Shown here: piece by piece, positions 54,570-64,000 of the stretch | Position numbering within the stretch: position 1 is the stretch's first letter | Layout of the letters: every line of letters begins with the position of its first letter | NCBI GenBank assembly: GCA_963769935.1 | Contig: CAVYNY010000022.1 | Span: forward strand, 1-64,000 | DNA length: 64,000 nucleotides | Origin: an uncultured delta proteobacterium | GTDB taxonomy: Bacteria; Desulfobacterota; Desulfobacteria; Desulfobacterales; JAFDCJ01 | Direction of reading: 5' to 3' | Program-made: the position numbers and the translations under genes | Notes under the pieces: model-generated | Told to the model about the DNA's origin: nothing | The model's database searches: none | The model's input: the letters and a program-made list of their open reading frames with translations, nothing else

Positions 54570-55739
54570 TTGAGGATGTCTTTGAAAGAAAACGCGACGA
54601 ATCCCCTGCCACCGGGAGGCCTATCCGTGTGTAAATTAAAAATCATGCTGCTCACGCTTCTTCTATTGCTGTCGGCGGGATGCTCTCCCGCACGTGTGCA
54701 GGAAGGGATTCATCTTGATACCATCACTATGCCGCCCGGATTCAAGATCTCATTGTATGCGCGGGTTCCCGGTGCGCGATCCATGACTTTAAGCCCCGGC
54801 GGGGTGCTGTTTGTGGGAACCCGGGAAAAGGGATGTGTTTACGCGGTCTTGGACCGCAATCAGGACTACGTGGCCGATGAGGTGATTGTGGTGGCAGACG
54901 GCCTTCATTCGCCCAACGGCGTCGCCTTTCGCGAGGGCGCTCTCTTTGTGGCCGAAGTCAGCCGTGTGCTGCGGTTCGACAACATCGAGACCAATCTCAA
55001 AAATCCGCCGGAGCCTGTGGTGGTAAACAGCACCTTCCCAACTGATGAACATCACGGATGGAAGTATATCGCATTCGGACCCGACGACAGGTTGTATGTC
55101 CCGGTGGGCGCCCCCTGCAATGTCTGCGAGCGGGATGATCCGCGGTATGCAAGCATTATGCGCATGGCGCCGGACGGCGGCGATCTGGAGATTTACGCCC
55201 GCGGAGTCCGAAATACCGTGGGATTCGACTGGCAACCGGCGACGAAAGTGCTCTGGTTCACGGACAACGGCCGGGATTGGATGGGAGATGACGTGCCGCC
55301 GGATGAGCTCAACCGGGCGCCTGCAAGGGGAATGCACTTCGGCTTCCCCTACTGCCATGCCGGAAGGATACCGGATCCTGAGTATGGGGCAAAGAGATCC
55401 TGCAATGAATTTCAACCGCCGGCTATCGAGCTGGGGCCGCATGTTGCGGCCTTGGGCATGAAATTTTATACTGGCCGTATGTTTCCGGCCCAATACCGGG
55501 AGCAAATCTTTATCGCCGAGCACGGGTCCTGGAACCGGTCGGTGCCGATTGGCTATCGCATTAGCCTTGTTCGGCTGGAGGCATACAAGGCCGTTCAATA
55601 CAGCGTATTTGCCCAAGGTTGGCTGCAGCAGGACCGCGCCTGGGGCCGGCCGGTAGATGTTCTGGTAATGCCCGACGGTGCGCTTCTGGTATCCGATGAC
55701 CGGGCCGGCGCAATCTACCGGATAAGCTATGAGCCTTGA
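54570..55739 (+). CDS. Glucose/sorbosone dehydrogenase-family (PQQ) lipoprotein
   Basis: LSAGC lipobox; GVRNTVGFDW, EHGSWNR, GRPVDV. Confidence 0.88.
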   Translation: MRMSLKENATNPLPPGGLSVCKLKIMLLTLLLLLSAGCSPARVQEGIHLDTITMPPGFKISLYARVPGARSMTLSPGGVLFVGTREKGCVYAVLDRNQDYVADEVIVVADGLHSPNGVAFREGALFVAEVSRVLRFDNIETNLKNPPEPVVVNSTFPTDEHHGWKYIAFGPDDRLYVPVGAPCNVCERDDPRYASIMRMAPDGGDLEIYARGVRNTVGFDWQPATKVLWFTDNGRDWMGDDVPPDELNRAPARGMHFGFPYCHAGRIPDPEYGAKRSCNEFQPPAIELGPHVAALGMKFYTGRMFPAQYREQIFIAEHGSWNRSVPIGYRISLVRLEAYKAVQYSVFAQGWLQQDRAWGRPVDVLVMPDGALLVSDDRAGAIYRISYEP

Positions 55740-55842
55740 GGAAAGCATGGAATATTGTTTTGCATCCGATTTGAAATAACTCGAGGTTCCAGATTGAATG
55801 CCGAACAATAATGCGACATTCTAAGTTTGAAAGGAGACTATC

Positions 55843-56352
55843 ATGAGTCATGTAGCCGTTATTATAACCGATTTGTTTGAGGATTCGGAATATAGCGAAC
55901 CGGCTAAAGCCTTTAAGGAAGCCGGACACACCCTGACCCATGTGGGCCTGGAGGCCGGCAAGATCGTCAAAGGGAAAAAAGACGGTACGCCTGTTAAAAT
56001 CGACCAATCGATCGACAGCGTGTCGACAGGCGATTTTGATGCCCTCTTGATCCCCGGCGGGTATTCGCCGGACAAGCTGCGGGCCCATGAAAACGCCGTA
56101 AAATTTGCCCGGGATTTCATGAAAAGCGGCAAGCCGGTTTTTGCCATCTGTCATGCCGGTCAGCTGTTGATTTCCGCCGACGTGATCCGCGGCCGGAAAA
56201 TGACCGGCTGGAAGTCTATTGTGCAAGATATCAAAAATGCCGGCGCAGAATTTATCGACCAAGAGGTCGTGGAAGACGGCAACCTGATATCCAGCCGTCA
56301 TCCGGGCGATCTGCCCGCATTCATCGAATCATCTTTAAAACGGTTGGGTTAA
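55843..56352 (+). CDS. PfpI/YhbO-family deglycase/glyoxalase
   Basis: FEDSEY, IPGGYSPD, AICHAG. Confidence 0.93.
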   Translation: MSHVAVIITDLFEDSEYSEPAKAFKEAGHTLTHVGLEAGKIVKGKKDGTPVKIDQSIDSVSTGDFDALLIPGGYSPDKLRAHENAVKFARDFMKSGKPVFAICHAGQLLISADVIRGRKMTGWKSIVQDIKNAGAEFIDQEVVEDGNLISSRHPGDLPAFIESSLKRLG

Positions 56353-56512
56353 TCCTATAATCGCATAAAATATTGCATTGGATTTTGGCTGTTCCGACGA
56401 AAATCCTTGGCATTTTTGAGTGATCCTGGATACTGGTTTCTGGATGCTGGCTGTTTTTGAATTTAACTCTCGGTGCACTGCTGGATATCCAGCATCCCAT
56501 GAGAAAGCAGCA

Positions 56513-57052
56513 ATGAATAGAATCCGAACATTGCCGTACCTTTTAGAGACGACCCTGTTGATCATGATCTGCGGCTGCGCCTACTCGATCTCGCAGGAAA
56601 TGAGAGCAAAAGCCAATCCGGATTTAACCTATTCCGTGGTGGCCCGTGATCCGCTTTTATACAAGGGCGCGACGATTATTTGGGGCGGCATCGTGATCCA
56701 AGTGCAAAACCAACCCCGCCAAACCGTTCTCACGATCCTGGAGACCCCATTGGATAACAGGGGAATTCCTAAAGACGAAGTCTATGGCCGCGGGCGATTC
56801 ATTGCCCAAGTGCCCGAGGATCTGGATCAGAAGGCCTACGGCGGCGGAAAGAAAGTCATTCTGGCCGGAGACATCGTCGGGGAGGAGACGAAGCAGATCG
56901 GTGGGACGCAGTACCGCTACCCTGTCGTCCTGGTGAAAGAACTTCACCAGTTTAACCAAAGGGATGATTACCGATATTACCGTCCGAATGACTATCCAGA
57001 TCAATATGGATATCCCTACTACGATCAAACCCCCTTCAAGGGGATACAATAA
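56513..57052 (+). CDS. Slp-family outer-membrane lipoprotein
   Basis: ICGC lipobox; IIWGGIVI, GRFIA, YRYPVV. Confidence 0.85.
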   Translation: MNRIRTLPYLLETTLLIMICGCAYSISQEMRAKANPDLTYSVVARDPLLYKGATIIWGGIVIQVQNQPRQTVLTILETPLDNRGIPKDEVYGRGRFIAQVPEDLDQKAYGGGKKVILAGDIVGEETKQIGGTQYRYPVVLVKELHQFNQRDDYRYYRPNDYPDQYGYPYYDQTPFKGIQ

Positions 57053-57057
57053 AACCT

Positions 57058-57079
57058 AATTACCTGCCATACCCCATAG
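57058..57079 (+). promoter_or_regulatory. Weaker 22-bp box upstream of the CDF remnant
   Basis: AATTACCTGCCATACCCCATAG. Confidence 0.45.
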
Positions 57080-57113
57080 CCAACTTGTTCGTTGCGGTTT
57101 AATGGTAATCAGG

Positions 57114-57437
57114 ATGAACGATCATCGTCACATAAACTACAATAGAGCGTTCGGAATCGGCATTGCTTTAAATGTTGCCTTTATTCTCTTCGAGGCTGCT
57201 TGCGGGTCTTTTTCGGACTCGCTGGCCATGGATCGATCCGGCCGTAAGTCTGCTCATTGCTGCGATCATCATGATCGGCACCTGGCGGCTTCTGATAGAT
57301 TCCGTCAATCTGGTTCTGCAAGCCGCAATGAAATCCATGACCGATTCGGCATTGCACATGTCACCCTGCAGGTCGAGCGAAGCGACGCTTTTATGGATTG
57401 CGGAGACGAATGCAGACTCGAAGCATTTTCAAGGTAA
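57114..57437 (+). pseudogene. Cation diffusion facilitator (CzcD-like) remnant with two internal deletions
   Basis: Collinear pieces: YNRAFGIGIALNVAF..SLA / WPWIDPAVSLLIA..SVNLVLQA / HDRFGIAHVTLQVE. Confidence 0.82.
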
Positions 57438-57617
57438 TTTTGCCGTCCACGGCCAAGCCTTACATTTTTCTTCAGTTCAGCCACTAAGGGTTCACCTCCG
57501 GCGGATCAGGCCTACCTCTAGTGAAGCTCCTCCCGCACAAATTGAAATGACTAAAAATCCTGTTGACTGAAAATCAAACTCAAAATGTAATAAAAAAATA
57601 GCCTCTCAAATCCCGGC

Positions 57618-57639
57618 AAATACACGATAGACCCCATAG
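57618..57639 (+). promoter_or_regulatory. 22-bp box upstream of the 57770 gene
   Basis: AAATACACGATAGACCCCATAG; TAAATT 20 nt downstream; AAATAG 22 bp upstream. Confidence 0.68.
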
Positions 57640-57769
57640 AAAATTATCCCGACGGAAATTAAATTATTTTTTGATCCGAATAAACCAATAACCAAATGTT
57701 TAACCTGCATTTGTCGTTCTTGTCGTTCTTTTTCCAATACAGTGCAAATCGAAAAAAAAGGAGGAAAAT

Positions 57770-58069
57770 ATGTCACCCGAAAAGTCACAAAAAGACCAAT
57801 ATGTTCAGAAGCTGCATGCCAAGCTGGATGAATGGAACGCCGAAATCGATAAGCTGAAAGCCAAAGCCGATCAGGCGCAGGCCGAGTCGCGCATTGAATA
57901 TCAGGAACAAATAAAAAATTTGCAGCAACGACGCCAGGAAGCTGAAAAAAAGATTACCGAATTGCGCAAGGCTGGAGAGGGTGCCTGGGAGGATCTGAAA
58001 GCAGGTGTACAATTGGCCTGGGACAACATGGATGAGGCGGTTAAATCGGCCCGATCCAAATTCAAATAG
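57770..58069 (+). CDS. Coiled-coil stress-associated small protein (Sll1863-like)
   Basis: AGGAGG RBS; KLDEWNAEIDKLKAKA...AWEDLKAG. Confidence 0.82.
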   Translation: MSPEKSQKDQYVQKLHAKLDEWNAEIDKLKAKADQAQAESRIEYQEQIKNLQQRRQEAEKKITELRKAGEGAWEDLKAGVQLAWDNMDEAVKSARSKFK

Positions 58070-58144
58070 ATCGGTGGCGCGCGCTTTCGACCAAGCTGAG
58101 AACGAATTCAGCTCCGGCGGTAAAGATTAAGGAGGTACTTTAAA

Positions 58145-58321
58145 ATGTTATATTGGGCACTCGTATTCTTTATTATTTCTCTGATTGCAGCCCTGTTTGG
58201 CTTTACGGGAATTGCAATTGCTTTTGCAGGCATCGCAAAGATATTGTTTTTTATCTTCATCGTTTTGTTCATTCTTACCCTTATATTCGGCTGGCGACGA
58301 CGACCGCCGTCAAGGGTATAA
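58145..58321 (+). CDS. DUF1328 (YtjA-like) small membrane protein, 58 aa, absent from the ORF track
   Basis: [48 protein letters not shown]. Confidence 0.9.
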   Translation: MLYWALVFFIISLIAALFGFTGIAIAFAGIAKILFFIFIVLFILTLIFGWRRRPPSRV

Positions 58322-58389
58322 TCAGGAACATGGAGTAGAGAGAAAAAATAATACAAGGCCTCTGCGTGCTCAGCACCTCTGCGGTGAAA

Positions 58390-58620
58390 ATGAATATCAA
58401 ACCGGATTTTAAAGACATCGACAGGCTGTCCCAAACGGACGCCAAAAAGGAGATCGAGGCCCTCGGTGTGTGCCACCGCCGCCCGCGATGGGCCCTGGCT
58501 TGGAAGTTCCCCCCCAAGAAGAAGTTACGGTTCTGGAAGATATTGTCGTTCAGGTGGGCCGCACCGGCGTGCTGACGCCGGTCGCCCTGCTGCAGCCGGT
58601 CGATGTCGGCGGGGTATCTG
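58390..58620 (+). pseudogene. ligA: NAD-dependent DNA ligase remnant
   Basis: N-terminal AKKEIEAL joined to PRWALAWKFPP, then (frameshifted) VQVGRTGVLTPVALLQPVDVGGV. Confidence 0.82.
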
Positions 58621-58625
58621 GAAAT

Positions 58626-59327
58626 ATGAAAACAAACATCCATCAAATTGAGGAATTACGCGAGCAGCGGCACATCTTCGCCGACCGCTTTGAGGCCGGC
58701 GAGACGCTCGCTGCGATGCTGCAGGCGGAGTACGCGCACATCCCCGGGGGAATGGTTCTGGCGATTCCATCCGGCGGGATTCCGGTAGGATTAAAGGTCA
58801 GTGAGATATTGGGACTGCCGCTTGATCTTCTGATCGTGAGGAAATTGCAGATACCGGGCAACCCTGAAGCCGGTTTCGGGGCGATGACGCTGGATGGGAC
58901 GACGTTCTTTAATCAAGCTCTTTTGGCGCAGCTGCATTTGAGCGCCGCTCAGATCGAGGCCGAAAAGCAGCGGGTCAATCTGGCGCTCGAAAAGCGCAAC
59001 ACACTGTTTCGCGGCGGCCGTCCCTTTCCCGATCTGGCCGGGAAAAAGATCATCCTGGTGGATGACGGTCTGGCCTCGGGTTTTACCATGCTGGCATCGA
59101 TTGATATGGCCAAAAAGGCCAAAGCCTGTGAAACGATTGTGGCGGTTCCTACGGCCCCGCAACATTCGGTTGAGCGCATCTTATCGGGAGTGGACCGAAT
59201 ATACTGTGCCAACATTACAACCGGCCCCTACTTTGCCGTCGCCGAGGCCTATCAAAATTGGTACGATCTGAACGAGGAAGAAGTCCTCGCTCTTCTGAAA
59301 AACAGGCAGTCGGCTCGACCCGGATGA
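58626..59327 (+). CDS. Phosphoribosyltransferase-family protein
   Basis: FADRFEAG, VRKL..PGNPEAGFGA, ILVDDGLASG. Confidence 0.9.
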   Translation: MKTNIHQIEELREQRHIFADRFEAGETLAAMLQAEYAHIPGGMVLAIPSGGIPVGLKVSEILGLPLDLLIVRKLQIPGNPEAGFGAMTLDGTTFFNQALLAQLHLSAAQIEAEKQRVNLALEKRNTLFRGGRPFPDLAGKKIILVDDGLASGFTMLASIDMAKKAKACETIVAVPTAPQHSVERILSGVDRIYCANITTGPYFAVAEAYQNWYDLNEEEVLALLKNRQSARPG

Positions 59328-59529
59328 CGGCCGCGGCCGATCCGCCGCGGCGGCCTAAACCTGCATCCGGCCTTAATCCGGCGGTAGGTTTCAATCCTGA
59401 ACGGCCGCTAATCGTCGTTCAGCTGCGCAACCTGCCTTTCCAGGTCCACATCGCGCTCGAACCTGAAGTAGCATCTGACGGTCAGCGACTCGCAGCCCGC
59501 CAGGGAAGGAACCCCCAGCGGCCTCTGCC

Positions 59530-59850
59530 GAAAGCCGGCGCAGGTCCAGCATCCATCCGCTGATGGGCCAGTGGTCGGGCTGGGTTTGAAAGGCCGTCGC
59601 ATGCACCTGCTCGATAAGATAAGCCTGGGGATTGACTTCGACGCGAAGCCGCCGCGCTTCCATGACCACCTTTTTTTCGGTCTCGAATTCCTTCTCGCTA
59701 TAGGTTAGATGCTGCATCCGATCCGCCTCCAGTTCCAGGGCGGTTTGAATGTGTTCGGAAGCCAGTTTTTCAAAGTATCCGGCAAAGTCATAAGAAGTAA
59801 AGGCGTTGTATGCAGCGCCAATCGCCGCGTCAATCCGTGTTTTCTTCCGC
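59530..59850 (-). pseudogene. M16 (pitrilysin-like) peptidase internal fragment
   Basis: NAFTSYDFAGYFE...LELEADRMQHL...EKKVVMEARRLRV...WPISGW; HxxEH region absent. Confidence 0.8.
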
Positions 59851-59984
59851 TTTCAGAGCTCGAACCGGTTTCCTTTACATCGGACTGCTTGGGCATCTGA
59901 TCTCCTTGAATTGTTGCTGTTGCTCAATATTTGCAATATGCGGCAGTAACTTTGCTCATTCACACTACTGCTACTGCCCGGCGG

Positions 59985-60155
59985 TTTTTCCGTAACGAAA
60001 GCCTGGGGACCTTCAACCAATCCGATTTCGCCCAGTTTCCGCTGGCAATCATAGGCCAGGCGATAACCGTTGGAAAAACCGATGCACAAGCGCTCATGGG
60101 CGGTATCTTTTTCCTCATTTCAGAAAACCGGTCATGCCGAAATGCAGGCAAAGGT
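59985..60155 (-). pseudogene. Fpg/Nei glycosylase internal remnant
   Basis: LHFGMTG, then (frameshifted) HERLCIGFSNGYRLAYDCQRKLGEI. Confidence 0.7.
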
Positions 60156-60308
60156 TCAATATGCAATAGGTTCAAGTATGTATTTCGCTGATCATTCGAC
60201 CTTATCTAATTGTTCCGCCATGAAAATAAATTATACGGGGCGCTGATTAAGCCGCCTCTTTTAAGGCGGCAGCTAATGTTTAAGCCAAATACAGTCTGAA
60301 TCTCCTAA

Positions 60309-60330
60309 ATGTACATGTTTGACCGGATTT
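60309..60330 (+). promoter_or_regulatory. 22-bp box upstream of the 60410 gene
   Basis: ATGTACATGTTTGACCGGATTT; AAATAC at 60287; TATACT 20 nt downstream. Confidence 0.6.
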
Positions 60331-60409
60331 CAATTACAACATCGGAATCGTATACTAAGCCTAATTTGTAAAATCAGGTGATATCCCAACGATATGAAAG
60401 GAGGCAGTT

Positions 60410-60781
60410 ATGCCGGATCGCATGGGTATGCTCAATAAGATCAAAGAAGGGATGAAAGTCTACGACAACACCGGGGACGAGGTCGGCACGGTTGAGTTCC
60501 TCCATTTCAGTGAAGCCAACGGCGACGGACATGCCGTCGCAGCGGCACCGCCGGAGCAGTCCACTCAGTCGGACCTGGTAGATTTTGTAAGGAAAATGTT
60601 CGGGGCCGACAATCTGCCCCGGGAACTGCGCGAGCGGCTGCTGATGCACGGCTTCATCAGGGTGGACAGCGCCAAGCTGTTCGGACCCGACCGTTACGTC
60701 ATGTTCGATCAAATCGCCCGCGTAGAGACAAATGGCGTGCATCTTAGGGTGGAGGATGCTCAAAATCTGTTGAAGGCCTAA
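60410..60781 (+). CDS. Hypothetical protein (PRC-barrel-like N-terminus)
   Basis: AGGAGG RBS; IKEGMKVYDNTGDEVGTV. Confidence 0.75.
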   Translation: MPDRMGMLNKIKEGMKVYDNTGDEVGTVEFLHFSEANGDGHAVAAAPPEQSTQSDLVDFVRKMFGADNLPRELRERLLMHGFIRVDSAKLFGPDRYVMFDQIARVETNGVHLRVEDAQNLLKA

Positions 60782-60932
60782 TAGCCTGGCTATTCCGCTT
60801 GACATGGTTCCGGGCTATGCCGGCTGGTTTCTGACCTATGACAAGCGCATCGGAATCATTTCCGATCATTTTGGCATTGAACAAGAAAATCCATTTCTTA
60901 AAAAAATATTTCCTAATCCTCAGGAGGACGCG

Positions 60933-61211
60933 ATGAACGAAAAGGAAAAATACCGTGCTAAAATTGAAGCTCAAATGGCAAGCTTCAATGAAACCATCGA
61001 AGAAATCACCACCAAAGCCAAGCTGAGAAAAACGACGGAGTCGGATGTTCAAATCAAGGCTCTGGTTAAAAAACATGAAGCGGCGAAAGCCAAGTTGAAA
61101 GAACTGGAAAATTCGGATGAAAATACCTGGCAAAAAATCCAAAGCGAACTGGATCAGCTTGTTGCGGATGTTGACCAGGATACCCGCAACGCCCTGGCAT
61201 ATTTCGGATAA
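60933..61211 (+). CDS. Coiled-coil small protein resembling 57770
   Basis: AGGAGG RBS; KEKYRAKIEAQM...TWQKIQSELD. Confidence 0.75.
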   Translation: MNEKEKYRAKIEAQMASFNETIEEITTKAKLRKTTESDVQIKALVKKHEAAKAKLKELENSDENTWQKIQSELDQLVADVDQDTRNALAYFG

Positions 61212-61249
61212 TTTATCCGCCCTTTATTTGGCACGATCAGAGTACTGTC

Positions 61250-61360
61250 CGCCAACTTGTCGGCAACGGCCAGCAGGCGCAGGCCTTTGTCCGCCAATTC
61301 TTCCGAGCGTTTGATCCACCGTCGGCGCGTTTCTTCTGTCAGCGGCCGGGAGCCATTCAA
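61250..61360 (-). pseudogene. P-type ATPase short internal fragment
   Basis: EELADKGLRLLAVADK. Confidence 0.55.
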
Positions 61361-61536
61361 ATCTTTTTCGGCGATGAATTGAACAATGCGCTTTTTTCAA
61401 TCAGTGAACCGCGATGGTCCGATCCTGACGCTTCTCAAAAGATTAGGCAGCTTAAAAGACGCATATATGATCTTTATGCTGACTATAAAGGTGCTTACGA
61501 AAAAGTTTCATAACATCATAAAAATGGAGGTTTCCC

Positions 61537-61716
61537 ATGACAGAAAATAAAATTGGTCATCAGAATCAAGATAAGGAGAGGTCCGATCAGATGAGAATAG
61601 ATTTAGAGCGGGTTTATGCCCGGCGACACGAAGCTCCATTCTCGGAAGCTCTAAATTTGTCGTTCCTCTTTACAGTGCTGCTGTTTGTCCTTTATGTGAT
61701 CGAAAAATATCAATAA
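61537..61716 (+). CDS. 59-aa small protein with C-terminal TM, absent from the ORF track
   Basis: GGAGG RBS; MTENKIGHQ...LNLSFLFTVLLFVLYVIEKYQ. Confidence 0.55.
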   Translation: MTENKIGHQNQDKERSDQMRIDLERVYARRHEAPFSEALNLSFLFTVLLFVLYVIEKYQ

Positions 61717-61731
61717 TAACGAGCGGAGGAT

Positions 61732-61806
61732 TTATATCTCCCCGCCACAGGTGAATCTGCGGGGGATAATTCCCTCATGCTCAAATTCCGGGCTGGTGAT
61801 CCTCAT
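61732..61806 (-). pseudogene. YbhB/YbcL (PEBP) N-terminal remnant
   Basis: GGAGGAGG RBS + MRITSPEFEHEGIIPRRFTC, then stop. Confidence 0.72.
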
Positions 61807-61880
61807 TGCATTTCCTCCTCCAGGCGGCGGGCACCCGCCAAAATTGCTTAAGTTTAAGGTGTTTTCCGCTGCGAAACTGT

Positions 61881-62325
61881 TCAGTTCATGGCCTGCAAAT
61901 TGCTGATGATATAGTCCAGGTGGATCTTTTCCTCGCTGAAATATGTCCGAAGTGCTTCCTTTACCTCCGGCGGCGCTTCCCATGAAACCACTTCGCCGTA
62001 ATAGCGGTTGGTGATTTCTTCGGTGGTCCTCATGGCTTTCAGGGCGCCTTTCAAACCGGTGAAAGCTGCGGATCGCCGCAAAGGCCTCGATGACATACCC
62101 TTTGAAATCCTGTGATGGCTCAGGCGGCTGCCCGCCCAGGTTCGCGATATGTTCGGCCAGACCGCTGATGTGATTGCGGTGCTCTTCCTGGAATTTCATC
62201 AGACGCTCTTTTATGATGGGGTCATCGAGTTCCTTGATGGCCTGGTCGTAGGCATGGACTGCATCGATGTCCAACTGGACGAGATTCGATATCGCTTTGA
62301 TTAGATCTTTTTCATTTTCTTTCAT
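61881..62325 (-). CDS. Ferritin-like (DUF2383-like) protein with a +1 frameshift at ~62062
   Basis: LVQLDIDAVHAYDQAI...EEHRNHI; continues TGLKGALKAMRTTEE...EEKIHL in the next frame. Confidence 0.8.
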
Positions 62326-62406
62326 TTCTCAGTTTCCTTGTCAGTTTCAACTCAGAATTCCTTATACATCTTATTCAAAGAAAATAGTGAACTGCCGGTC
62401 GCCGAA

Positions 62407-62428
62407 CAATAAGGTAAAGCCTGTATTT
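62407..62428 (-). promoter_or_regulatory. 22-bp box upstream of the ferritin-like gene
   Basis: AAATACAGGCTTTACCTTATTG; GAATAC 22 bp upstream; TATTTT 20 nt downstream. Confidence 0.72.
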
Positions 62429-62791
62429 ACTGGAGTGATTCGATGTATTCAGATAGGCCTTAGGTATTGAAATTCGGGTTCAGCCCCTATGAGGTCAACT
62501 AAATAATGAACCCCTGAACCCGAAACCCTGAACCTGAATGCGGCGGATCCGACGAGTGTTTGTGATTGGCTTCCCGCTCACAGTCAGCCTTTAATATTGA
62601 TACTCCTTGTTTAGAAGCGTCCTGAAAGTAATTTTTTGGTGAGTTCGGCGTTTTACTCTCTTTGAGAGCCTGATTCGGAACCTATTGTCGTCGTTTGACA
62701 AAAGCCGTATTTTTCAATACAAGTGTAACGTAATCGTATTCTTCGCTTTTTCAATGGCTTTCTACCAAAAGGCTTTCAAACAAAATTTGCT

Positions 62792-63217
62792 ATGATTCAG
62801 GTAAATCAAAACATTCTCCTGGATGAAAACGAAATACAGGAGGAATTCGTTCGGGCCTCCGGCCCCGGCGGCCAGAACGTCAACCGCGTGTCGACCGCGG
62901 TCCAGCTTCGATTCGATATCGTCAATTCGGCTTCTCTGCCCGAGGATGTTCGCCGGCGGCTTTTGCGCCTGGGCGGCAGCCGGGTCACCCGAGACGGCAT
63001 TCTCATTATCGATGCGCGGCGGTTTCGCACCCAGGAGGCAAACCGCAGGGACGCCCGCCGGCGGCTGATCGAGCTGGTGAAAAAAGCGGCGGAAAAGCCC
63101 AAACCCCGCCACAAAACAAAACCCACCTCCGCATCCAAGCACAAACGCCTCGCAGAAAAACAGCGGCGCAGCCGAATCAAGCAGCATCGCCAATCGGTTG
63201 ACCCGGCAGAAGATTAA
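62792..63217 (+). CDS. arfB: Alternative ribosome-rescue peptidyl-tRNA hydrolase ArfB
   Basis: FVRASGPGGQNVNRVSTAV; basic C-terminal tail. Confidence 0.93.
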   Translation: MIQVNQNILLDENEIQEEFVRASGPGGQNVNRVSTAVQLRFDIVNSASLPEDVRRRLLRLGGSRVTRDGILIIDARRFRTQEANRRDARRRLIELVKKAAEKPKPRHKTKPTSASKHKRLAEKQRRSRIKQHRQSVDPAED

Positions 63218-63413
63218 GGGGTTAAGACAAAGGGATTAAGGTTCAGGGTTCATAAAAGGTTTCAGGTGTCAGGTGTCAGGTGTCAGATAAAAGAGCTCAA
63301 AGCTAAAAAACACCGCAAAAATAAAAAAACGCTTAACCAATAACAAATTACTTATTTTCATTTTCTCAACTTCCCAACTTCTCATTTTCTTATCTTCCCA
63401 TCTTCTCACCCTC

Positions 63414-63778
63414 TCACCTTCCCCCCTCGGCCCTCTGTTCCAGGTACTCCTTCAGGGCCACGGCATTGTTATATTTTTCGTTCCTGGCGCCGAAAACAAG
63501 CGTGATGGTTCCTTTTTGAGTCATTTTAGAGAGCTGTTCAACCGGCGCCTCGTTTTGATCCAGTTCACGAAAATAGCGTCGCTTGAATTCCGGCCACTTC
63601 TCAGGGTCGTGTTCGAACCACTTTCTGAGGTTTGTGCTCGGCGCAATTTCTTTAAGCCACAGGTCGATCCCGGCCTCCGTCTTTCGCACGCCGCGCGGCC
63701 ACACCCGGTCGATGAGAACCCGCATGCCGCCATGTCTGCCGTCTGTTTTTCATAGACTCTTTTAAGCCGGATCGCCAT
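63414..63778 (-). CDS. DUF488 (YeaO-like) protein, frameshift at ~63733
   Basis: MAIRLKRVYE + RVLIDRVWPRGV, WLKEIAPS, NNAVAL. Confidence 0.85.
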
Positions 63779-63798
63779 TTTAATCCCCGCCCAAAGGC

Positions 63799-64000
63799 TC
63801 AAAAATATTTAACGCCGATCCGGTAGTAGTTGCCGAATTTATCCCGGTGCTCACGGCACCACTTTACCTCGCCCAGAGTGGACGTCCGCAGAAATTTCCG
63901 GTTAACGTGGTAGATATCGATCGACCGTTATGTCGCCCAGACGGATATAAAGAACGGATCCGGGTTTGAAGGGTTCGGATGTCTCCATGCACATGCCGCC
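63799..64000 (-). CDS. PilZ-domain protein, C-terminal part (runs off the window; one frameshift)
   Basis: GGMCMET...LYIRL / GEVKWC...YRIGVKYF, stop at 63799. Confidence 0.55.

Overview
This window is not one continuous genome; it has three compositionally distinct segments. Segment A (1 to ~3820) is very GC-rich and holds the heavily frameshifted 3' part of a DUF11-type repeat surface protein with a VPDTA sortase-like anchor. Segment B (~3820-6663) carries an unknown gene and a DISARM DrmD-like SNF2 helicase cut off right after motif VI. Segment C (6664-64000) looks Desulfobacterales-like (inferred from gene content and intergenic repeats). Segment C begins with a sugar ABC transporter and an unusual catabolic cluster (aldose dehydrogenase, lactonase, mutarotase, split transketolase, aldolase and kinase, with no recognisable dehydratase). 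From ~26 to 63 kb it is a stress/survival island: trehalose synthase-phosphatase, superoxide reductase, FtsH, PfpI, DisA, two DksA-family proteins, ArfB, ferritin-like, CBS and DUF1328 proteins, RsbW/STAS, three cytoplasmic HisKA_3 kinases and one NarL-type regulator, interspersed with many short gene remnants. The strongest hidden signal is a 22-bp operator (approx. AAATAC-N8-CCY-YATTK) found 18 times by eye. It is always oriented toward the downstream gene, usually has a second TAC half-site exactly 22 bp upstream, and often has a -10-like hexamer 19-20 bp downstream; this defines a candidate NarL-family (DosR-like) stress regulon. Second is a thioredoxin-fold selenoprotein missed by the ORF track (UxxC, in-frame TGA at 44397 followed by a SECIS-like hairpin). 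All calls are by motif recognition only; no searches were run.
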